Part shown: in pieces, positions 44,878 to 55,200 of the stretch
Layout of the letters: every line of letters begins with the position of its first letter
Numbering within the stretch: position 1 is the stretch's first letter
DNA from: TPA_inf: Saccharomyces
Lineage: Eukaryota
DNA length: 64,000 bases
Assembly: GCA_000146045.2 (NCBI GenBank)
Contig: BK006947.3
Span: forward strand, 96,001-160,000
Direction: 5' to 3'
The notes under the pieces: generated by a model
The model's database searches: none
Told to the model about the DNA's origin: nothing
Seen by the model: only the letters and a program-made list of their open reading frames with translations
Translations under genes and position numbers: made by a program

Positions 44878-47800
44878 ATGCATAAAGCATCCAGTTCAAA
44901 GAAAAGCTTTGATGATACTATTGAACTAAAAAAAAATGAACAATTACTGAAACTGATCAACTCTAGTGAATTCACCCTTCACAATTGTGTGGAGTTACTG
45001 TGCAAACACTCCGAAAATATTGGTATACATTACTATTTATGTCAGAAATTGGCCACATTTCCTCACAGCGAACTACAGTTCTATATTCCCCAACTAGTAC
45101 AGGTCCTCGTCACCATGGAGACAGAATCAATGGCTTTAGAAGATTTACTATTAAGGTTGAGGGCGGAAAACCCTCATTTTGCACTACTGACGTTTTGGCA
45201 GTTACAAGCGTTACTAACGGATTTATCTACTGACCCCGCTTCTTATGGCTTCCAAGTGGCTAGAAGAGTCTTAAACAACTTACAAACCAATCTCTTTAAC
45301 ACAAGTTCAGGTAGCGATAAAAATGTTAAAATACATGAAAACGTTGCACCGGCCTTAGTTCTTTCCTCTATGATAATGTCGGCTATAGCATTCCCCCAAT
45401 TAAGCGAAGTGACCAAACCATTAGTGGAATCTCAAGGTAGAAGACAAAAAGCTTTCGTTTTTAAGTTGGCTAGAAGTGCAATGAAAGATTTTACCAAGAA
45501 CATGACCTTGAAAAATACCCTACTAAACAAGAAAACTTCCAGATCCAAAAGAGTTAGCTCAAATCGCAGTTCAACTCCGACTTCTCCAATAGATTTAATA
45601 GATCCAATAAAAACTAAAGAAGATGCATCCTTCAGGAAATCCAGACATAGTGAGGTAAAATTGGATTTCGACATTGTGGATGATATAGGTAACCAGGTCT
45701 TTGAAGAAAGAATCTCATCTTCAATCAAACTCCCAAAACGTAAACCTAAGTATTTGGATAATTCATACGTTCATAGGACATATGATGGCAAAAATATAAA
45801 CAGGGACGGAAGCATTTCAAATACCGCAAAGGCTCTCGATGGAAATAAAGGTGATTATATTTCTCCAAAGGGACGTAATGATGAAAATAATGAGATTGGT
45901 AACAATGAAGATGAAACTGGTGGTGAAACGGAGGAGGACGCGGACGCTTTAAACTCTGATCACTTCACCAGTTCTATGCCAGATCTGCATAATATTCAAC
46001 CAAGGACTTCTTCTGCTTCATCTGCTTCTTTAGAAGGGACACCTAAGTTAAACAGGACCAATTCCCAACCCCTTTCGCGCCAGGCATTCAAAAACAGTAA
46101 AAAAGCGAATTCTTCTTTGAGTCAAGAAATTGACTTGTCGCAATTATCGACCACTTCAAAAATAAAAATGTTAAAAGCAAATTATTTTCGTTGCGAGACA
46201 CAATTTGCCATTGCGCTAGAAACAATATCTCAAAGGCTAGCTCGAGTACCGACAGAAGCTAGATTGAGTGCCTTACGAGCCGAGTTGTTTCTATTAAACA
46301 GGGACCTACCAGCGGAAGTAGATATCCCCACTTTATTGCCTCCAAATAAAAAAGGAAAGTTACATAAATTAGTGACCATTACTGCTAATGAGGCACAAGT
46401 TTTGAACTCTGCAGAAAAAGTTCCATATTTACTCCTGATAGAATACTTGAGAGACGAATTTGATTTTGACCCAACAAGTGAAACCAATGAAAGATTATTA
46501 AAGAAGATCAGTGGTAATCAGGGAGGCTTGATATTTGATTTAAATTACATGAATAGAAAAGAAAACAACGAAAATAGAAATGAAAGTACTCTTACTAGCA
46601 ACAACACTCGATCTTCGGTATATGATAGTAACTCGTTCAACAACGGGGCCTCCCGCAATGAAGGTCTATCCAGTACCTCAAGAAGTGATTCAGCGTCCAC
46701 AGCTCATGTTAGGACTGAAGTCAATAAAGAGGAAGATTTAGGTGATATGTCAATGGTAAAAGTCAGGAACAGAACGGATGACGAAGCGTATAGAAATGCT
46801 TTAGTAATACAGAGTGCCGCAAATGTTCCAATTTTACCTGATGATAGTCAAGACAGAAGCCCAGAGTTGAACTTTGGCTCAAACTTGGACGAAGTACTCA
46901 TCGAGAATGGAATTAATAGCAAAAATATACATAGCCAAACTGACGCTTTAGCAGACCAGATGAGAGTTTCAGCTGTTATGTTAGCACAATTGGATAAGTC
47001 GCCACAACAGTTATCAGAAAGTACCAAACAAATCCGCGCTCAAATTATTTCATCAATGAAGGAGGTGCAGGATAAATTTGGTTACCATGATTTGGAAGCC
47101 CTTCATGGAATGGCAGGTGAGAGAAAATTGGAAAACGATTTAATGACGGGTGGTATTGACACTTCATATCTAGGTGAAGATTGGGCTACCAAGAAAGAGA
47201 GGATACGTAAAACTTCGGAATATGGCCATTTCGAAAACTGGGATTTATGTTCTGTAATCGCCAAGACGGGTGATGATTTGAGACAGGAGGCGTTTGCATA
47301 CCAGATGATTCAAGCGATGGCCAATATTTGGGTTAAAGAAAAAGTTGACGTTTGGGTTAAAAGAATGAAAATTTTAATTACTAGTGCGAATACGGGACTT
47401 GTGGAGACCATCACAAATGCTATGTCTGTGCATAGTATTAAAAAGGCTTTAACCAAAAAAATGATTGAAGATGCAGAACTAGATGACAAGGGTGGTATTG
47501 CCTCTTTGAATGATCACTTCCTTAGAGCTTTTGGTAATCCTAATGGATTTAAGTATAGAAGAGCACAAGACAACTTTGCTTCTTCGTTAGCCGCATATTC
47601 TGTCATTTGCTATCTCTTGCAGGTTAAAGATAGACACAACGGTAACATTATGATCGATAACGAAGGCCATGTAAGTCACATCGATTTTGGATTTATGCTA
47701 TCAAATTCACCCGGCTCAGTGGGCTTTGAGGCCGCACCATTCAAATTAACTTACGAATATATTGAACTGCTAGGCGGAGTAGAGGGAGAAGCGTTTAAAA

Positions 47801-48078
47801 AGTTTGTTGAACTAACTAAAAGTTCGTTCAAGGCTCTGAGAAAGTATGCTGATCAAATCGTATCAATGTGTGAGATTATGCAAAAGGACAATATGCAGCC
47901 TTGTTTCGATGCTGGCGAACAAACAAGTGTACAACTACGACAAAGGTTCCAATTGGACTTATCAGAAAAAGAAGTTGATGACTTCGTAGAAAATTTCTTG
48001 ATAGGTAAATCTTTGGGTAGTATTTACACCAGAATATACGACCAATTTCAACTTATTACACAGGGTATATATAGCTGA
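44878..48078 (+). CDS. PIK1: Phosphatidylinositol 4-kinase (1066 aa)
   Basis: C-terminal PI3K/PI4K catalytic domain with the catalytic loop DRHNGNIMID and activation-loop IDFGFML. The N-terminal LKU region is present. Confidence 0.9.
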   Translation: MHKASSSKKSFDDTIELKKNEQLLKLINSSEFTLHNCVELLCKHSENIGIHYYLCQKLATFPHSELQFYIPQLVQVLVTMETESMALEDLLLRLRAENPHFALLTFWQLQALLTDLSTDPASYGFQVARRVLNNLQTNLFNTSSGSDKNVKIHENVAPALVLSSMIMSAIAFPQLSEVTKPLVESQGRRQKAFVFKLARSAMKDFTKNMTLKNTLLNKKTSRSKRVSSNRSSTPTSPIDLIDPIKTKEDASFRKSRHSEVKLDFDIVDDIGNQVFEERISSSIKLPKRKPKYLDNSYVHRTYDGKNINRDGSISNTAKALDGNKGDYISPKGRNDENNEIGNNEDETGGETEEDADALNSDHFTSSMPDLHNIQPRTSSASSASLEGTPKLNRTNSQPLSRQAFKNSKKANSSLSQEIDLSQLSTTSKIKMLKANYFRCETQFAIALETISQRLARVPTEARLSALRAELFLLNRDLPAEVDIPTLLPPNKKGKLHKLVTITANEAQVLNSAEKVPYLLLIEYLRDEFDFDPTSETNERLLKKISGNQGGLIFDLNYMNRKENNENRNESTLTSNNTRSSVYDSNSFNNGASRNEGLSSTSRSDSASTAHVRTEVNKEEDLGDMSMVKVRNRTDDEAYRNALVIQSAANVPILPDDSQDRSPELNFGSNLDEVLIENGINSKNIHSQTDALADQMRVSAVMLAQLDKSPQQLSESTKQIRAQIISSMKEVQDKFGYHDLEALHGMAGERKLENDLMTGGIDTSYLGEDWATKKERIRKTSEYGHFENWDLCSVIAKTGDDLRQEAFAYQMIQAMANIWVKEKVDVWVKRMKILITSANTGLVETITNAMSVHSIKKALTKKMIEDAELDDKGGIASLNDHFLRAFGNPNGFKYRRAQDNFASSLAAYSVICYLLQVKDRHNGNIMIDNEGHVSHIDFGFMLSNSPGSVGFEAAPFKLTYEYIELLGGVEGEAFKKFVELTKSSFKALRKYADQIVSMCEIMQKDNMQPCFDAGEQTSVQLRQRFQLDLSEKEVDDFVENFLIGKSLGSIYTRIYDQFQLITQGIYS

Positions 48079-48279
48079 GAAGGAAAATAGCTGTGACAGA
48101 ACTGGAAAAACAATTTGCAAATGTCCGGAGAACAAAAAAATTGGAATTTTAGTAAAAGGAATATACATATATTTATTTATTGCCGAGAATAATAGAGCAG
48201 CTGACTCAGAAAAAGCAAGGTAAAAGAATGAGAGTAAAATAAATATGTGGTTAATTAACCATACATATAAATTATTATC

Positions 48280-49281
48280 TTATTTTCTGCGTAAAGCGTC
48301 AAACCGTTTCTTCAACTCATCTAGTTCATCATTTTCTTGCTCCTTCTTAGTCTTTCTTTTTGTAGTTTTCTTTTCTGATTGTTTCTTTTCGATCACTTCC
48401 TTTTTGATATCTTTCGGAATCTTGAGCTCGTTCTTGATATTTTCACTATTCTGCCTAGGCTTTTTAACAGTGATAGGGTGTTTAGCATCTGCATTGTCAT
48501 TATCGTCATTATCTAAGGCTAAAATAGGCTTTTCTTCGTCATTATCCTCGATATCTCCCGAGGGGTCACTAAAGTCTGAAGAAATGTTAGAAGACGACGA
48601 AGATAAGGAATTCTCCAGCTTACTATATGGCACATCGTATGTTTTCGCGATTTCCTTCAAATAAAGATCAACTAGTTCTTCTTTTGGAACTGAGGGAGAG
48701 CATTTTTTTATAATCTTTTCAGGGACATCGATATGATCTGCTATTACTCCATTAACAAACTCAACGTTTATTTTCCAGGCCATCAAATCTTTCAATTGGC
48801 TAAGTTCTTTGACTTCATCAACGAAAAGAATCGCATAGATTAGGGATCTGATAGCTTCGTTAATACCATCATCCATATGCTCTTTGACAAGCTGTTCCTC
48901 GGTGGAGATATCGTTTATTACCTGCACTCTAGCCAGTAGTAATTCACAATATAGTTCCAATATCTCTAGTAGCTCAATATGAATATCGTCATGAATTAGC
49001 GTCTCCACACGATAATGCGCCTTCTGTTCTTTATTTGTCAGTAACAGTTGTGCAACCTGTCTTCGAGACTGCTTTGCAATCGCCTGTTGCTTTTCTTGAG
49101 CATATCTTAACCTTTGAATACACATTTTCAGGCATGTTTTAAGCTTGATCTATAACAATAATTTGGATGATAGTTTTACCCTTCTTCAGTTAGTACATCC
49201 TAGATCTTTTGCATACTAAAGCTTTTTAAAAATTACTATAAAATATAAACATACAGTGAACGGAATCATTGACGGAGCCAT
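48280..49281 (-). CDS. IST1: ESCRT-III-related MVB sorting factor Ist1 (298 aa), a two-exon gene: exon 1 at 49255-49281 (MAPSMIPFT), intron at 49150-49254, exon 2 at 48280-49149
   Basis: The Ist1-domain ORF is open upstream of the ORF-track Met (IKLKTCLK-MCIQRL...) and is closed by TAG exactly at a 3' splice site (ttgttatAG). The 5' splice site GTATGT is the rc of 49249-49254 and the branchpoint TACTAAC is the rc of 49189-49195. Exon 1 begins ATG GCT CCG TCA ATG ATT CCG TTC ACT. Confidence 0.85.
49150..49254 (-). other. Spliceosomal intron of IST1 (105 nt)
   Basis: The canonical yeast GUAUGU...UACUAAC...UAG signals are all present, with the branchpoint 40 nt from the 3' splice site. Confidence 0.8.
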
Positions 49282-49562
49282 TTTTAGTTGTCGTATTCTC
49301 TTATCTATCTTCTATGTTGACTAGTTCTGATTGATTAGCTGGAACTAATAGTATATATAATTTTCACACCCTTTGGAATTCAGAAGGCGTTTTTTTTTTC
49401 ATGAAACAAAACAATAGAGTGCGGATAGCCGATTCAGTTGATTCTAAAAGTATATAAAATGCGATAAGCGCATAAGCAGCCATTATAAACGTACATCTGA
49501 GTCTAGATATATACGTTTGTGTAGCGGGAAACGTTAAAAAAAAAAATCTTAATTATAGTTTA

Positions 49563-50615
49563 TCAAATGACCATATCAACAGGATATTTTAATTCGTCAT
49601 GTTGGCCCTTGGTGTCATATTCACTTAATCCGACAATGCCTCCAAACTTTAAAAATCTATCAAAACGTTTCAATCGTAAATCGTCAACTTTCTTAACCAT
49701 ATCTGGCCAATAGACTTCATGTTTATACTTGAAGTCTAACAGACCATTGTATAGAGCATCTAGTTGAGATGGCTCTATGTGGTTTTCAAATGGTTCGTCA
49801 AAGATAGCCTTCGCCTTAGTGGCAGGGTCAAGGAACGGATACATCATCTTCAAAAAAGCCCACGCAAACCATGGGATATTGATCAGGACACACTTAGCTA
49901 ACCTTTCAGGGTAATGATCTTGCATGACGTTCAAACACATCCTAGCAATAGAGATGGGTGGAGCTTTATCAGTGATAATACCAGGTTCTTTATAACTTTT
50001 GAAATCTACCAAGACTGTGATCTTTTCTACACCTTGGGGAGCTACAGTTGTCGCAGTTTCCATCATGTAGACTAATTCTTGGACTTGTCTAAAGGAAGAT
50101 TCTGTGTTTTGACGACCATTTTTCATGTAGTATAGAGGTCTTTTAGCGTTGTCAAAGCCCAAAATAACCTGTTTACCAGTTTCGTTCTCAACGGCAACTT
50201 TGTCAGCTGTTAAAGGGTCTTTGTCCTCCTTACCATGTGTAAGTCCAATTTCTCTCCTCCATACCAAGGTTTTGGTGAGACCTTTTATGGCGTTCGCGGT
50301 GTTCCATTTATTGGCTCTTAGGTATCTTAGAAAACACTCCCTAGAAAGCCAAAACTTCTCCCAATCACTCAAGGGTCTGTCATTGGCATGTGTCCCATTG
50401 TCAAGGTCATTGAGATTTTCTGGTAATTTCAGATCATCATCTTGAAAATGTCGTAAGACAGCTCTATATTTTTCGTTTTGATCTTCGGAGATGGGTTCCA
50501 GTAGAGGTGCGTTACCATACTTGGCAGGAGGGTCCAAGAATATCTTATCACATGGAATAAGTTTCTCTTTAGGCACAGCAGGCGTATGGTCCCGTTTTCT
50601 TGAAAAAAGACCCAT
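49563..50615 (-). CDS. PDR17: Phosphatidylinositol transfer protein, Sec14/CRAL-TRIO family (350 aa)
   Basis: CRAL-TRIO domain conservation. The start is taken at MGLFSRKRDHTP, 20 codons inside the ORF-track entry. Confidence 0.8.
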   Translation of the reverse strand: MGLFSRKRDHTPAVPKEKLIPCDKIFLDPPAKYGNAPLLEPISEDQNEKYRAVLRHFQDDDLKLPENLNDLDNGTHANDRPLSDWEKFWLSRECFLRYLRANKWNTANAIKGLTKTLVWRREIGLTHGKEDKDPLTADKVAVENETGKQVILGFDNAKRPLYYMKNGRQNTESSFRQVQELVYMMETATTVAPQGVEKITVLVDFKSYKEPGIITDKAPPISIARMCLNVMQDHYPERLAKCVLINIPWFAWAFLKMMYPFLDPATKAKAIFDEPFENHIEPSQLDALYNGLLDFKYKHEVYWPDMVKKVDDLRLKRFDRFLKFGGIVGLSEYDTKGQHDELKYPVDMVI

Positions 50616-50895
50616 TTTTGTTCTTCTTCTTGTGCTTTCTTTGTGTGATTTTTCAGGGTCTTTTTTTTTAAACAATGATGTAAATTAAATCTATCTAAAA
50701 AGCGTGATTTTTCCCACGAATTTTAATCCCTCTATTGTTCTCTTTCCACTCCATATTGAGTGAAAGGAAAAATAAGAAAAGTAAATAGAAAATTTATGAC
50801 GTAGGAATAAAAGTATATAAGTATTTAACAAATTGACCGTAGATAATAATAATGCGCATGAAATTAAATCCTCTCTTTGATCTCTTCAATCAAGA

Positions 50896-51840
50896 TCAAC
50901 CCATTAACCACATTAGAACATTTTGCCAAATGAAGCCATAGACGAATAGGAAGTAATTGCACTTCTTGACGGTCGATTTGCTGATGGAAACGTGTATATC
51001 ATCGTCTTCAGCACCGGAGCGGCTTAGTAAATTGAACTTGACGGATCTTAGTAGGAATACGCCAAAGGCAATAAATAAGTAAAATTTTATCAAAATATTC
51101 AGGTTAAATGGCATGGTCACGTTGGTCAAAAGCTGGGCGAGAATCAATGGAACAAATTTGTAGCCGACATAGCACAACAGTTCGACCAAACTGAAGCTTG
51201 GAATCTTAGAATCGATCAAAAGATACAAGCCAAGCTTCAAAATCAACAAATCTAAACACACAAACGCCAGAGTAGAAGACAGTTTGTAGTACAAGTCTTC
51301 GGGGTTGAATGAACCCTTCAGACCTTGCTGCGTATTCCAGATGAGAATATAGGTAACTAGTCCCATAATAGGCATGTACATGTCTGGGGAGTTCACGTCA
51401 TCCCTTGGTGGCAAAAAGTTGCCAGAGTCCATAATTCGTTGCCAGTTCTTGGTTCCGTTAAGAAAAGGAACTAGGATGAGTTTCAATTTATTGATGACAT
51501 AACGGGTGCTGACTTGAAAATACGTTGAAATTTGTTGAGAGCCGGCAGCGTTTGCAGTGGCTTTATTGACCGTTTCTTGAAACTGGTTAAAGTTATCCTG
51601 ACCAATAAAATTAGAAAATGCGCTCTGCCCTAGTTGGAATGCCATCGAACCACGAGGATCTTGGAATGGAAAACCACCGCCACTGCCATTTACGTTTGCA
51701 TTCATATTCGCATTACCTTGGCCATTCACGGGCGTGTTCCTCGGAATTTGCATTGGTCGTTGCTGTTGTGGAGTGTGGGAAAAGCGATCGTTAACGCCAT
51801 TCTGCTCACTTGTTGCATATGCGTACGGATTATAAGACAT
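50896..51840 (-). CDS. YIF1: Yip1-interacting factor, Golgi/ER membrane protein (314 aa)
   Basis: Gly/Asn/Gln-rich N-terminus followed by a C-terminal multi-transmembrane Yif1/Yip1-family domain. Confidence 0.8.
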   Translation of the reverse strand: MSYNPYAYATSEQNGVNDRFSHTPQQQRPMQIPRNTPVNGQGNANMNANVNGSGGGFPFQDPRGSMAFQLGQSAFSNFIGQDNFNQFQETVNKATANAAGSQQISTYFQVSTRYVINKLKLILVPFLNGTKNWQRIMDSGNFLPPRDDVNSPDMYMPIMGLVTYILIWNTQQGLKGSFNPEDLYYKLSSTLAFVCLDLLILKLGLYLLIDSKIPSFSLVELLCYVGYKFVPLILAQLLTNVTMPFNLNILIKFYLFIAFGVFLLRSVKFNLLSRSGAEDDDIHVSISKSTVKKCNYFLFVYGFIWQNVLMWLMG

Positions 51841-52096
51841 CTTGGTATGGGCCTTTGGTTTTCGTTTTCTGCTATTGATACTCAGTAGCGAGGTCTTACA
51901 ATCGAAAAGTCAAAAAGATGAGTTGTAGTATAAAACAACAGCTCTGGTGTGCAATATGGATCTTGATACAGAGTCTCGGATATGCTGTTTTAGCACTGAG
52001 AAAAAGTAATAGTAACACTGTCAGTGTTCGTCAAAGGCCCAAGTTTATTGTCATTTGAATTGTCAGAATGGTTTATTTTCAGGTAGGGTAACCAGA

Positions 52097-52102
52097 ACGC
52101 GT
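52097..52102. promoter_or_regulatory. MCB element (ACGCGT) upstream of POL2
   Basis: AACGCGTAAG lies about 110 bp upstream of the POL2 ATG. POL2 is a known MBF-type G1/S gene. Confidence 0.5.
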
Positions 52103-52211
52103 AAGTTTCTTGCATCTTTTACCATTTTAACTGGAAGAGGACCTATCAAAAAGAGCATATGATGATGAAAGAGCACATTCTATCAAGATAACACTCTCAG
52201 GGGACAAGTAT

Positions 52212-55200
52212 ATGATGTTTGGCAAGAAAAAAAACAACGGAGGATCTTCCACTGCAAGATATTCAGCTGGCAACAAGTACAACACACTCTCAAATAATTA
52301 TGCGCTTAGCGCGCAACAGCTCTTAAATGCTAGTAAGATCGATGACATCGATTCGATGATGGGATTTGAAAGATACGTACCGCCGCAATACAATGGCAGG
52401 TTTGATGCGAAGGATATAGATCAGATTCCAGGCCGCGTAGGGTGGCTGACGAACATGCACGCAACGCTGGTCTCTCAGGAAACCTTATCCAGTGGTAGTA
52501 ATGGCGGCGGCAATTCGAATGACGGAGAACGTGTAACGACCAACCAAGGTATTTCCGGAGTTGACTTCTACTTTTTAGATGAAGAGGGTGGGAGCTTCAA
52601 GTCGACAGTTGTCTATGACCCATACTTCTTTATTGCGTGTAACGATGAATCAAGAGTAAATGATGTGGAGGAACTAGTGAAAAAATATCTGGAATCTTGT
52701 CTCAAAAGCTTACAAATCATTAGAAAGGAAGATCTTACCATGGACAATCACCTTTTAGGGCTGCAGAAGACACTTATTAAGTTATCATTTGTAAATTCCA
52801 ATCAGTTATTCGAGGCCAGGAAACTCCTGAGGCCAATCTTGCAGGATAATGCCAATAATAATGTGCAAAGAAATATATATAACGTTGCTGCAAATGGCTC
52901 GGAAAAAGTTGACGCCAAACATCTGATCGAAGATATCAGGGAATATGATGTGCCGTATCATGTCCGAGTATCTATAGACAAGGACATTAGAGTCGGTAAA
53001 TGGTATAAGGTAACTCAACAGGGATTCATTGAAGATACTAGGAAAATTGCATTTGCCGACCCTGTGGTAATGGCATTTGATATAGAAACCACGAAGCCGC
53101 CTTTAAAATTCCCGGATTCCGCCGTAGATCAAATAATGATGATTTCGTATATGATCGATGGGGAAGGTTTTTTGATAACAAATAGGGAGATAATCTCTGA
53201 GGATATTGAAGACTTTGAGTATACACCGAAACCGGAGTATCCTGGTTTTTTCACCATATTTAACGAAAACGATGAAGTGGCGCTTCTACAAAGGTTTTTT
53301 GAACATATAAGAGATGTACGACCCACTGTTATATCCACCTTCAATGGTGACTTTTTCGATTGGCCTTTTATACATAACAGAAGTAAGATTCACGGCTTGG
53401 ACATGTTCGATGAAATTGGTTTCGCTCCAGATGCTGAAGGTGAGTACAAGTCCTCATACTGCTCTCACATGGATTGTTTCCGTTGGGTGAAGCGTGATTC
53501 TTATTTACCACAAGGTTCCCAGGGTTTAAAAGCTGTTACTCAATCTAAGCTAGGTTATAACCCAATTGAACTGGATCCCGAATTAATGACGCCGTATGCA
53601 TTTGAAAAGCCACAGCACCTTTCCGAATATTCTGTTTCCGATGCAGTCGCTACGTATTACCTTTACATGAAATATGTTCATCCTTTTATCTTTTCCCTTT
53701 GTACTATTATTCCTTTGAACCCGGATGAAACATTGAGAAAGGGTACCGGTACTTTGTGTGAAATGTTGTTGATGGTTCAAGCTTATCAACATAATATTCT
53801 TCTACCAAATAAGCATACAGATCCCATTGAGAGGTTCTATGATGGACATCTTCTAGAATCCGAGACTTACGTGGGTGGACATGTGGAGTCATTAGAAGCT
53901 GGTGTTTTTAGGAGTGATTTGAAGAATGAATTCAAGATAGATCCTTCTGCCATTGATGAATTATTACAAGAATTACCAGAAGCTTTGAAATTTAGTGTGG
54001 AAGTTGAAAATAAGTCCAGTGTAGATAAAGTAACGAATTTTGAGGAAATAAAAAACCAGATAACGCAGAAATTATTAGAGTTGAAGGAAAACAATATAAG
54101 AAACGAACTACCTTTGATCTATCATGTAGATGTCGCCTCTATGTACCCAAACATCATGACTACAAATAGACTACAACCAGATAGTATCAAAGCAGAGCGC
54201 GATTGTGCTAGTTGCGATTTTAATAGACCCGGAAAAACCTGTGCAAGAAAGTTAAAATGGGCTTGGAGAGGAGAATTCTTTCCCAGTAAGATGGATGAGT
54301 ATAACATGATCAAGCGTGCATTACAAAATGAGACTTTTCCCAACAAAAACAAGTTTTCTAAAAAGAAAGTTTTGACATTTGATGAACTAAGTTACGCAGA
54401 CCAAGTTATCCACATAAAAAAACGTTTAACTGAATATTCAAGGAAAGTTTATCATAGGGTTAAAGTATCAGAAATTGTCGAACGAGAAGCCATTGTCTGC
54501 CAAAGAGAAAATCCATTCTACGTCGATACCGTGAAATCCTTTCGTGATAGGCGTTACGAATTCAAAGGTTTAGCCAAGACTTGGAAGGGAAATCTGTCCA
54601 AAATTGACCCATCTGATAAGCATGCGAGAGACGAGGCCAAAAAGATGATTGTGCTTTATGACTCATTACAATTAGCTCACAAAGTTATTTTGAATTCGTT
54701 TTATGGGTATGTTATGAGGAAAGGCTCTCGTTGGTATTCCATGGAAATGGCGGGGATTACGTGTTTAACAGGTGCCACGATCATTCAAATGGCGAGAGCT
54801 TTAGTAGAAAGGGTAGGAAGACCATTAGAATTAGATACTGATGGTATTTGGTGTATCTTACCAAAATCTTTCCCTGAAACTTACTTTTTTACATTAGAAA
54901 ATGGTAAAAAGCTTTATCTCTCCTACCCATGTTCCATGCTGAATTACAGAGTTCACCAAAAGTTTACGAATCACCAATACCAAGAATTAAAAGACCCATT
55001 GAACTATATATATGAGACGCACAGTGAAAACACGATTTTTTTCGAAGTTGACGGACCATATAAGGCCATGATTTTGCCTAGTTCCAAGGAAGAAGGAAAA
55101 GGTATAAAGAAAAGATATGCTGTCTTCAATGAAGACGGCTCACTTGCTGAACTGAAAGGTTTTGAATTGAAGAGGCGTGGTGAATTACAACTAATAAAAA

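Noticed and set aside
48245-48664. 139-aa plus-strand ORF
   Set aside because: Antisense to the IST1 exon 2 acidic/basic tail (YNL266W-type dubious ORF). Ser/Phe-rich low complexity.
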